Assembly: GCA_051883415.1 (NCBI GenBank)
Contig: JBJETR010000072.1
Location: forward strand, 8,506-72,505
From: Christensenellales bacterium
GTDB taxonomy: Bacteria > Bacillota > Clostridia > Christensenellales > UBA3700
Direction: 5' to 3'
Length of the DNA stretch: 64,000 nucleotides
In this document: one piece after another, positions 41,501 to 49,466 of the stretch
Layout of the letters: each line of letters opens with the position of its first letter
How positions within the stretch are numbered: the stretch's first letter is position 1
Made by a program: the position numbers and the translations under genes
The notes under the pieces: generated by a model
What the model was told of the DNA's origin: nothing
The model's database searches: none
What the model saw: only the letters and a program-made list of their open reading frames with translations

Positions 41501-42824
41501 TGGCAAAATCGAGCTTTGCAAGCATCTTATCGTCGTTCATAATTCCCGTAATACTAGTAAAGACGTTGTCGGTTGTGATAGTGTCGTCCGAGTTGTCAAA
41601 ACCGTATTTGGTAGTAAACTCGTCTATAAAGGTAGCGAGATTTTGGGTACGCAAATCATCGGTATACGAGTCCAGACCTACGTCGGTAGCGTTAGGAAGC
41701 TTGAAATCTCTAATCAAACACAAAAATTGTGCTTCTCCAAGTTCTACGTTTAGTACGTTCATCAAAGCTTCGACAGGCTTCATATCACAGCCCGAATCTA
41801 CGAAAGTGAGAGGAATGACGGTATTGAGCTTGTCGATTACGCTCTTGACGGCATTGTTGATGGTCTGCATGATAGGCGTATCTCCACCTGCAAACTTGTT
41901 GAGGACGCCCTCGACCTTAGTCATCAAATCTCTGTCAATTTGGTTGATGAGAATACTTGCCTGACCGTTCTCAGCATTTGGCTTGACGTCCATGCCGACG
42001 AATACCGTCTTAGGCAATAAGTTGGCGACAAAGCCTGGCACAGACGTATTCTTGAGTAGCTCGGTTGCAAGTGAAGCCACGTCGATTTTGACAGTGAGTG
42101 ACAAAACTACGTCTTCCAGCTTTGCGCCCGCATCGCTGTCAATCACAATTTGCGACACTTTGGCATGCTTGAGGTATGGCGCATATTGTGATATCGCTCC
42201 CATAGCAGAATCTTCGGAAGAAACACCTTGGGTAATATAATATTGCAAAACGCTGTCTATCAATGCGGCGAATTGCTTGTCGGTAACTTCCAAGATATTC
42301 TCTTCGCCACTATAAGTAGCGAGCGAAGAAAAGTCAAATTCTATCTTGCTCAGCAAATCGTCCAGAGCGGCATTGCCCGTGCCCGTAGGGGTTTCCGACA
42401 AAGCCATCGGAGTGGAAGATTCCTCTTGCTTCTTAGCCGTTGCACTGTCCAAAATGTCGATGATGTCGATATCGCTATCTGCCGACATATACGTCTTGAC
42501 CTTGAATTCGCTGTAGAAATAATCGAGGTCGTTTTGACTATAAGGGTTGGTGACGATTTTTTCTTCATCGGCTTTGTATAAGCCTTTCAAAATATTGAAG
42601 GCGTCGGTTATACTCAATCCAACTTGTGGTTCTACGTATTGTCCCCATGCCCATACTCCACCGCCGATAACGCCGGCAACAAGCACAACGAATATAACTA
42701 ACACGGTGATAAAACACGTTAGACAACCGTGCTTCTTCTTTGGTTTAGGCTCTTTGTTAGCTTTGTTTTTGCTCTCGCCTTTGACCTTGATTTCGTTGAG
42801 ATCTATTTTATCTTTCTTTGCCAT
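38568..42824 (-). CDS. 1418-aa membrane-anchored protein with five diverged ~258-aa repeats
   Basis: Basic N-terminus, one TM, then periodic (L/I)LP...(I/L/F)N.M motifs; GAGGT RBS; terminator at 38538-38563. Confidence 0.85.
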   Translation of the reverse strand: MAKKDKIDLNEIKVKGESKNKANKEPKPKKKHGCLTCFITVLVIFVVLVAGVIGGGVWAWGQYVEPQVGLSITDAFNILKGLYKADEEKIVTNPYSQNDLDYFYSEFKVKTYMSADSDIDIIDILDSATAKKQEESSTPMALSETPTGTGNAALDDLLSKIEFDFSSLATYSGEENILEVTDKQFAALIDSVLQYYITQGVSSEDSAMGAISQYAPYLKHAKVSQIVIDSDAGAKLEDVVLSLTVKIDVASLATELLKNTSVPGFVANLLPKTVFVGMDVKPNAENGQASILINQIDRDLMTKVEGVLNKFAGGDTPIMQTINNAVKSVIDKLNTVIPLTFVDSGCDMKPVEALMNVLNVELGEAQFLCLIRDFKLPNATDVGLDSYTDDLRTQNLATFIDEFTTKYGFDNSDDTITTDNVFTSITGIMNDDKMLAKLDFASLDYDTYSYNAAKHKVGISYLALAGLLNSQLATGSEEASAFPITVLNMAYDQTNEMLEVSIAVDVMQAVVGKAEEGSLVAVFAPQILPEQIFIKAKLSLVSDPAKPTEIRINKCDVEQTTELLTNLNTLCGSLGIDVSQLNLAELTSKLEKSVRDNLTNINSKLGTDIEFVSTECVLPSIFETASGLKMLQDEGGVAIVDDKELHDMLRATYTFEAQEANASNNATGFVTELENKYYLTTGTLDATNGSALFNSVTTIKNNFESSIDVHKMATDTTADINLLKPVLSQEELGFLIQSSGKLDNIVSVLTDITVVATDITATHLNMQISGKVSLTGENAKYAVLLPDKVYVNVYVDTVALKNKIAGISTDDCTSFDIDGMTNDEMNDFFALATKLGGSEVTATQVGTALEDNIYNFMTEIEAGGTIEILFQVGEMKLNTTVFDIAIDQIYADSDPALVPTNVQLRSVLQKVNVIPAELADSNIASDMSRLAGDISDKYYLNTAIDANGDVSSQIASVARDYSTLISGQRMADDTRVVTNGNDLKPQASGGELGRLLSGDVTVSAEGMKDVTMISLTVTSTTTLRIVFTASVESQETDKYAKLLPSSVAIVVEVDTSKVEGVEVCTDFTLNDMTDEDLGVFCNLFKAVANKTVTPDDINADASTKVKDKLRDMTGGATMTYDTADINVNCKGGTVTFASIYGVAINNIYSDGAKPSELDFQNMMKSLFTLTPTVGQTDINATTDKMTSGQISASYVITPTPHGEVVMEISDRNIAATLLANEESGSGVSTALGLTKESVSYKQVLMFNPNYANAATVKDGLGGMTFTDDHSYMLMTLNINTSALMTKTTTLLPTSIDATVFIDVDASDYATTLMFNNMTSDEQKILKDIINSNRTASEGDTTLFDSTATLKTKILETEIISIDKVGGVTIPEKKWTIKDVLDKVVKADGYGVRHSGNTLISGSNYGGFIQVEDTGITIS

Positions 42825-43099
42825 AAACTACCTCAAAAAGATTTATATCTATATAATAATATATTATACCACCGCTTTTGGTGATTTTCAATATTGTTGG
42901 ACATATATTTTTTTATAAATGCGCATATTAAACAATCAAACGCCCTATTTTGTTGGCTTTGCAAGGAAAAATTTTTTTGAAAAATTTTTTGAGAAGTATT
43001 ATCTTTTATAAAGAAAAAGAGGCGTTATTCGCTTGAATAACGTAAATGGCGTGAGATGAGTTTTATTTAGGCAGATTTAGTCGCAGCTCAAAGGATAAG

Positions 43100-44029
43100 A
43101 TTAGAGGCAATCCCTCCGTCTTGCCATAAGCGGCTCGCTCACGGTGGAGATGCGAGTTTGACAAGGAGAGTGAGGACGGTGTGAGGGAGCATACTAATGC
43201 GTATGTGACCGAACGTACCCACATACTCGACACAGTATTGCGAAGTATATACGCCGTGAGACAACCCCTTTGCACAAAGGGGCCTTTTATTAGGTTGAGA
43301 TTGCCACAGCGTGTAAACACGCTTCGCAATGACATACAACCTTTTGACGGTGGAGATGCGAGTTTGACAACCCTTCCACCACCTTCGGTGGTAACTCTTA
43401 CGGCATAGGTGCGAGTTAGGCGAGGAGAACGAGGATTGGGCGACAGGAGCATACTTATCTCAATTCGTAATAAGTAACTAAGTAGTAGTTCTCTCGTGGT
43501 GTAGATACAAGCAAGACAAGGAGTACGAGTATTTTGTGCAGGGAGCATACTCCTTGTATGTGACCAAACAAAAACGTAAGTTACGACACAGTATTGCGAA
43601 GTATATACGCCACGAGAGCGACAAAGCATATCGATAAAGATATGCCGTAAGACACCCTTCCCGAACACAAGGGCGGCTTTTTATAAGATTGAGATTGCCA
43701 AGTTACGTTTCGCTCCACCGCAATGACACACTGCTTGGTCGGTGTTCCAACCCATTTTGACGGCATAGCTGCGAGTAAGACAAGAAAAAGGCAACCTTGT
43801 CGATTGCCTCAATTTGTTATTAGTTGCAATGGTGCCGCTCTATCGCGGTGGAGATGCGAGTAATGAGAGAGTTTGATTTATGTTATTGAGATTTTAATTG
43901 CACAGGTGCGAGTAAGACAAGGAAAAAGGCAACTTTATCGAAGCGAGCGTACTTGGCGTACGTGAGCAAGAAAAGTTGCCTTTTGACACAGTATTACGAA
44001 GTAGATATGCAATTAAAACTCAATAACAC
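43100..44029. repeat. Cluster of nested REP/MITE-like structured repeats
   Basis: Three full ~125-bp copies (43138-43260, 43491-43618, 43892-44018), partial copies, and two GAGATTGCCA...GCAATGAC hairpins. Confidence 0.8.
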
Positions 44030-47000
44030 CGCTGAAGACTTCAACCGACGTCCCCTTCAACATCACGCCCTCGTCGGTATATCTGACTACCATATCGCCA
44101 CCGATTTGCTTGACGGTGATGTCGGTGTCCTTTGGAAGGTAGCCGTTGAGGACGGCGCTGACTACTACGGCACAGCTTCCGCTACCGCTGGCATAGGTTT
44201 CGCCGCAGCCTTTGTCCCACGTGCGAATTTTGACGGTGTGACGGTCTATGACCTTGGCAAACTCTACGTTGGTACGGTCAGGGAATATGCTGTCGTACTC
44301 GAGTTGAGAGCCGAGTTTGGATATATCGATATTGTCGAGATGTTCGACGAATAACACGCAGTGTGGATTGCCCATAGATACGACGTTGAGCATATACTCT
44401 TTGCCGTCTACGGTGTATGGCACGCCAATTGCGTTTTTGCCTGCTAGTTTGACAGGAATGAGTGCCGGTTTGAGAATAGGCGAGCCCATATTGACTGTCA
44501 TATACGTTGCTTCGCCGTCTTGCGTCTTGACGTTGATATCTCTGATACCCGTTGGCGTCTCGATAGTTATGTCGTACTTGTTGACCTTACGATTGTCGTA
44601 GAGATATTTGGCTACTCCGAACAAGCCGTTGCCACATACCATACCTTGAGAGCCGTCACAGTTGAAGATACGCATCTTGGCATCGGCAACCTCCGACTTC
44701 TCGATAAGGATAATGCCTTCCGCACCTACACCGACGTGTCTATCGGACATTCTTACCGCAACGCCCTCAGGATTGTCGATAGTTACACCGTCCAGACAGT
44801 CGAAGAATATTCTATCGTTGCCTGCACTGTGCATCTTGACAAACTTGTGACTTTGTTTGCCCTTGCGAAGTTTGTTGATATCTACAAGCTCGGTATTGTA
44901 CTCGCTGTATCTGCTCATGAGGCAGTTGGCTACCGCATTGGCGGTGTCGATAGAGGTAAGACAAGGGATAGAACGCTCTACCGCCTTTCTTCTTATCTTG
45001 ACGCTGTCGCGAGTCGGCAATTTGCCCTTGGACGAGGTGGAGATGATATAGTCGATTTTTCCACTCTCGATGAGGGTAAGGTTGTTGTGCTCGAGGTTTT
45101 GGTGAATCTTGTCTACCGTAACGACCTCTAGTCCTCTCTCTCTCAGCACACGTGCAGTGCCCTTAGTTGCGTACAAGGTGTAGCCCAAATCTTCGAACTT
45201 CTGAGCGATGTCGCCTATCTCCGCCTTGTCTTGGTCACGCACTGTGATGAATATACCACCCTTTTTCTTCATACGGTAGCCTGCCGCAACCAAACCCTTG
45301 AACAAGGCTTCTTCCAACGTGTCGGCAAGTCCCAAAACTTCGCCCGTGGACTTCATCTCAGGTCCGAGTTGAGTGTCTACGTTGACGAGCTTGGCAAAGG
45401 AGAATACAGGCACCTTGACTGCTACGTAGTTGGACTTTGGATAGAGTCCCGTGCCGTAGCCCATATCGGCAAGCTTTTCACCCAATATGCATCTGGTGGC
45501 AAGGTCTACCATCGGTACTCCCGTCACCTTGCTGATATAAGGAATGGTACGCGAGCTACGAGGGTTGACTTCGATAACGTATAGTTCTTCTTCGTAGATA
45601 AGGTATTGAATATTGACGAGTCCGACAGTGTGCAAGTTGATTGCAAGTAGCTTAGAGCACTCGACTATTCTTGCGAGCATTTCGTCGCTGAGGTTCCAAG
45701 AAGGATATACGGCAATCGAGTCGCCCGAGTGTATGCCCGTACGCTCGATATGTTGCATAACTCCCGGGATAAGTATCTCTTCGCCGTCGCATATAGCGTC
45801 GATTTCTATCTCTCTACCCATGAGATATTTGTCGATAAGTACCGGATTTTCTATCTTTTGGGAGAGGATTACGTCCATATATTCGATGACGTCGGCGTCG
45901 GAGTGGCATACGCACATGTTTTGTCCGCCAAGCACGTAAGACGGACGTAGCAAGGTAGGATATCCTATCTTGTTGGCTACCTCCAAAGCTTCCTCTTTGG
46001 TCATTATGGTGTAACCCACGGGACGCTTGATTTGTAATCTTTCGAGCAACTCGTCGAAGAGTTCTCTATCCTCCGCCATGTCGATATATTCGGCTTGAGT
46101 GCCGAGAATCTTGATATTACGTTCTCTAAAGAGTTTGGTGAGCTTGATAGCCGTCTGTCCACCGAAGGCTACGACTACGCCGTCAGGCTTCTCGGTGTGA
46201 AGAATGTTGAGCACGTCTTCGTTGGTGAGAGGCTCGAAGTATAGTCTGTCGGCAGTATCGAAGTCGGTGGATACCGTCTCGGGATTGTTGTTGACTATGA
46301 CTACTTCGTAGCCCTTGCGTTTGAGAGCCCATACACAGTGCACGGACGCATAGTCAAACTCTACGCCTTGTCCGATACGGATAGGTCCGCTACCGAATAC
46401 GATAACTTTCTTTTTGCCTTGAGAATGAGCTTGGATAAACTGCTCGGCTTCGTTGTCGCTGTCGTAGGTGGAATAGAAGTAAGGCGTCTGCGCAGGGAAT
46501 TCCGCCGAACACGTGTCTACCATCTTGTACGAAGCGTACACAGGATTGGCAATCTTTTTGCCACTAATTCTCTCGATAGAACTGTCGAGGAAACCTACCT
46601 TTTTGGCTTGTAGATAGAGCTCGTCGTCAAGGTCGTCGCTCGATAAGCGCTTCTCGATATCTAAGATATTGACGAGTTTGTTGAGGAACCACCTGTCTAT
46701 TCTCGTCTTGGTGTGAATCTCGTTGACGGTGACGCCCCTCTTGAGAAGTTCGTAGATGACGAAGAGTCTTTCGTCATCACATGCGAGCATCTTGTCTTGC
46801 AATTCCATGTCGCTCATTGCGGCAATCTTCTTGTTGTAGAGGGTATCCATGGAGATTTCCGCACCTCTTACAGCCTTCATCAAGGCTTGTTCGAAGGAAG
46901 AACCGATGGACATTACTTCGCCCGTTGCTTTCATTTGCGTGCCGAGTTGACGGCTAGCGTAGAAGAATTTGTCGAACGGCCACTTAGGGAATTTGACTAC

Positions 47001-48059
47001 GATATAGTCGACCGTAGGCTCGTTGCAGGCGTAGGTGCAACCCGTAACGGCGTTTTTGATTTCGTCAAGGCTGTAGCCGATTGCAATCTTGGTGGCTACT
47101 TTGGCTATCGGATAACCCGTTGCCTTGCTGGCAAGCGCCGAGCTACGACTGACGCGTGGATTGACTTCGATAACGGCGTATTCTAAACTGTCGGGATGCA
47201 ATGCAAATTGCACGTTGCAACCACCCTCGACTCGGAGTGCGTTGACGATTTTGAGCGCCGCACTGCGAAGCATTCCGAATTCTTTCTCCGATAGCGTTAC
47301 CGCAGGAGCAACGACTATACTGTCACCCGTGTGCACGCCGACAGGATCAACGTTCTCCATACTACATACCGTAATGCAATTGCCCTTGCTATCTCTTATT
47401 ACTTCGAACTCGATTTCTTTCCAACCGCTTATACACTTCTCGACCAATATCTGGTGAATAGGACTGAGGCGAAGTCCGTTCTCGGCGATGTCTTCGAACT
47501 CATCTTGGTTGTGAGCGATACCGCCGCCCGTTCCGCCCAAAGTAAATGCCGGACGTATGATGACTGGATAACCAATCTCTCTTGCTACCCTTATGCCGTC
47601 GTCCATGGTATTGACGACCTCGGAAGGAATGACGGGCTCGTTAATCTCTGCGAGCGTGTCCTTGAAGCTTTGTCTGTCCTCGGCTCTATCTATCGTCTCG
47701 GGATTGGCGCCCAAAAGTCGTACGCCCATCTTGTCAAGGAAGCCTTCCTTGGCGAGTTGCATGCTGAGAGTAAGTCCCGTCTGTCCGCCGAGTGTGGACA
47801 AAAGACTGTCGGGACGCTCCTTCTCGATAATTCTCTTGACGGTGGTGAGCGTCAAAGGCTCGATATATATCCTGTCTGCCACCGCATTGTCGGTCTGTAT
47901 AGTTGCCGGATTGGAATTGACAAGCACGACTTCGAGATTGTCTTCTTTGAGCGCTCTGCACGCTTGAGTGCCTGCATAGTCAAATTCCGCAGCCTGTCCG
48001 ATGACGATTGGTCCCGAACCTATTACCATTACTTTGTGCAAATCTTTGTTGAGTGGCAT
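44013..48059 (-). CDS. carB: Carbamoyl-phosphate synthase large subunit fused to a C-terminal DapF-like domain
   Basis: GSGPIVIGQAAEFDY, two ATP-grasp domains (EVNPR), MGS domain, then FVKMHSAGND...CGNG...MGNPH...TNVEF in the same frame. Confidence 0.95.
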   Translation of the reverse strand: MPLNKDLHKVMVIGSGPIVIGQAAEFDYAGTQACRALKEDNLEVVLVNSNPATIQTDNAVADRIYIEPLTLTTVKRIIEKERPDSLLSTLGGQTGLTLSMQLAKEGFLDKMGVRLLGANPETIDRAEDRQSFKDTLAEINEPVIPSEVVNTMDDGIRVAREIGYPVIIRPAFTLGGTGGGIAHNQDEFEDIAENGLRLSPIHQILVEKCISGWKEIEFEVIRDSKGNCITVCSMENVDPVGVHTGDSIVVAPAVTLSEKEFGMLRSAALKIVNALRVEGGCNVQFALHPDSLEYAVIEVNPRVSRSSALASKATGYPIAKVATKIAIGYSLDEIKNAVTGCTYACNEPTVDYIVVKFPKWPFDKFFYASRQLGTQMKATGEVMSIGSSFEQALMKAVRGAEISMDTLYNKKIAAMSDMELQDKMLACDDERLFVIYELLKRGVTVNEIHTKTRIDRWFLNKLVNILDIEKRLSSDDLDDELYLQAKKVGFLDSSIERISGKKIANPVYASYKMVDTCSAEFPAQTPYFYSTYDSDNEAEQFIQAHSQGKKKVIVFGSGPIRIGQGVEFDYASVHCVWALKRKGYEVVIVNNNPETVSTDFDTADRLYFEPLTNEDVLNILHTEKPDGVVVAFGGQTAIKLTKLFRERNIKILGTQAEYIDMAEDRELFDELLERLQIKRPVGYTIMTKEEALEVANKIGYPTLLRPSYVLGGQNMCVCHSDADVIEYMDVILSQKIENPVLIDKYLMGREIEIDAICDGEEILIPGVMQHIERTGIHSGDSIAVYPSWNLSDEMLARIVECSKLLAINLHTVGLVNIQYLIYEEELYVIEVNPRSSRTIPYISKVTGVPMVDLATRCILGEKLADMGYGTGLYPKSNYVAVKVPVFSFAKLVNVDTQLGPEMKSTGEVLGLADTLEEALFKGLVAAGYRMKKKGGIFITVRDQDKAEIGDIAQKFEDLGYTLYATKGTARVLRERGLEVVTVDKIHQNLEHNNLTLIESGKIDYIISTSSKGKLPTRDSVKIRRKAVERSIPCLTSIDTANAVANCLMSRYSEYNTELVDINKLRKGKQSHKFVKMHSAGNDRIFFDCLDGVTIDNPEGVAVRMSDRHVGVGAEGIILIEKSEVADAKMRIFNCDGSQGMVCGNGLFGVAKYLYDNRKVNKYDITIETPTGIRDINVKTQDGEATYMTVNMGSPILKPALIPVKLAGKNAIGVPYTVDGKEYMLNVVSMGNPHCVLFVEHLDNIDISKLGSQLEYDSIFPDRTNVEFAKVIDRHTVKIRTWDKGCGETYASGSGSCAVVVSAVLNGYLPKDTDITVKQIGGDMVVRYTDEGVMLKGTSVEVFSGVIEF

Positions 48060-49120
48060 TATCTATTCTCCTTTGTCATATTGATAAATTGGTCGTATAT
48101 AAAATCCGTTGCTATAGGTCCACCGTTGAAGCTTGGTAAAAACTCGGTGGAGATTGCCGTATAGCAGTCGTATTCCAAGCCCTCTACGCTACCGTCGTTG
48201 ACATTGACGAAGGCTGTTTTTACGCCCTTGGCATCGCTGAGGTCAAGGTCTGTATTATGGTTTTGGTATGTGACAAATAAGCGACCTGTATCGAGTTTTT
48301 TGGTAGGTTGGTTGCTTCCGTGATGTCCGTATTTCATATCTTTGAGCTTAGCTCCGCACGAGAGTGCCATGAGCTTGTGTCCCAATCCTATACCAAGCAT
48401 TGGTAGCTTTTTGCCGACCTTAGCAATATTATCAACCACACTATCGTAATCGCTCACTCTATCACTGCCCGATGACCAAACTACGCCGACAGGATTGGTA
48501 GCGAGTATTTGCTCCGCGGTTGTGTCCGCACCAACAATCTCTACGCTCATTCCTTTAGCAACCAGGCTGTCTGCGATATCGTAAACTTCTCCCAAATCGA
48601 CTAGACAAACCTTGTCGCCCTTGCCTACTATTTTACCCGAATTATTGGCACCTCTACCTTGGATAGACGTGCTTGGATCGTAACTAGCCAGCAGTGCTTT
48701 TTGCTCCTCGTCAAGACTTGACGAAGAAGTAATCAAGGCGTTGACGGAGCCGTTATCTCTGATGATTTTGGTAAGGTGGCGAGTGTCGATGCCTGCCATG
48801 CCTACCACGCCTCGCTCTTGCATCAACTTAGCAATGCAACCTACGCTACGGAAGTTGGATGGCTTGTCACACACCTCTCTGACAAGAACTGCCTTGACGT
48901 GACTGTCCTTGCCCTCCACGTCACTGTTGACGCCGTAATTGCCAAATGCGGGAAAAGTGTCTACGACTATCTGCCCCTCGTAACACTCGTCGGTGAGCAA
49001 AGTCATATCCCCACCCATTGCGGTGTTGAATACCAGCTGTCCCACTACTTGTTTGCGTGCTCCGAAAGCCATGCCTTCAAAGACTTGTCCACTTGCAAGA
49101 TACAAATAAATTTTGTCCAT
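48059..49120 (-). CDS. carA: Carbamoyl-phosphate synthase small subunit, glutaminase triad absent
   Basis: LVFNTAMGG, GIDTRHLT, YGHHGSNQP, YQNH; but GIGLGH replaces GICLGH and FLPS replaces (Y/F)HPE. Confidence 0.9.
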   Translation of the reverse strand: MDKIYLYLASGQVFEGMAFGARKQVVGQLVFNTAMGGDMTLLTDECYEGQIVVDTFPAFGNYGVNSDVEGKDSHVKAVLVREVCDKPSNFRSVGCIAKLMQERGVVGMAGIDTRHLTKIIRDNGSVNALITSSSSLDEEQKALLASYDPSTSIQGRGANNSGKIVGKGDKVCLVDLGEVYDIADSLVAKGMSVEIVGADTTAEQILATNPVGVVWSSGSDRVSDYDSVVDNIAKVGKKLPMLGIGLGHKLMALSCGAKLKDMKYGHHGSNQPTKKLDTGRLFVTYQNHNTDLDLSDAKGVKTAFVNVNDGSVEGLEYDCYTAISTEFLPSFNGGPIATDFIYDQFINMTKENR

Positions 49121-49151
49121 ATATACCTCTCAAAAATTTTCGATATGATAT

Positions 49152-49200
49152 AAAAAAAGAAGACTACTCAACGCATATCACAATGCCTTGTCAGTCTTCT
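49152..49200 (-). terminator. Leader terminator (attenuator) upstream of carA
   Basis: AGAAGACT...AGTCTTCT stem followed by a U tract, between the promoter and carA RBS. Confidence 0.75.
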
Positions 49201-49252
49201 AATACGTAGTGCCAATATCGTTTCGGCTTTTGCCCTTGTACGTTGGTAGCAT
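49199..49252 (-). CDS. Putative leader peptide MLPTYKGKSRNDIGTTY
   Basis: AGGAGA-TTT-ATG; 17 codons; TAG stop overlaps the 5' arm of the terminator. Confidence 0.45.
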   Translation of the reverse strand: MLPTYKGKSRNDIGTTY

Positions 49253-49466
49253 AAATCTCCTATTAGTACGATTGTCAGCAACGAGTATTGTCATTGCTCA
49301 TAGTTGCTCGACACCATTGCCGAGCCATTATTAAAATAATACGCTAAACTACCCCTTGGTGTCAATCTAAAATAGGCAAAAAAATAATATTTATTTGGCT
49401 CAATTTTAATGACACAAAGGCGTGATTTTGGTATACTAAATGCGTATTTTATCTATGGAGGTTTTT

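Noticed and set aside
43063..43766. ORFs 43063-43668, 43139-43339, 43181-43408 and 43581-43766
   Set aside because: They lie wholly within the palindromic repeat cluster, repeat the element sequence in translation, and have no RBS or recognisable domain.
43100..44029. Possible CRISPR array
   Set aside because: Repeats are long, degenerate, nested and irregularly spaced, with no constant repeat-spacer period and no cas genes.
44013..44850. Separate dapF gene
   Set aside because: There is no stop after the MGS domain and no convincing RBS or start before the FVKMH motif; the frame is continuous with carB.
49121..49340. PyrR-binding loop or T-box in the carA leader
   Set aside because: Neither the AGUCCAGAGAGGCU-like PyrR motif nor the T-box GGUGGNACCGCG sequence is present.
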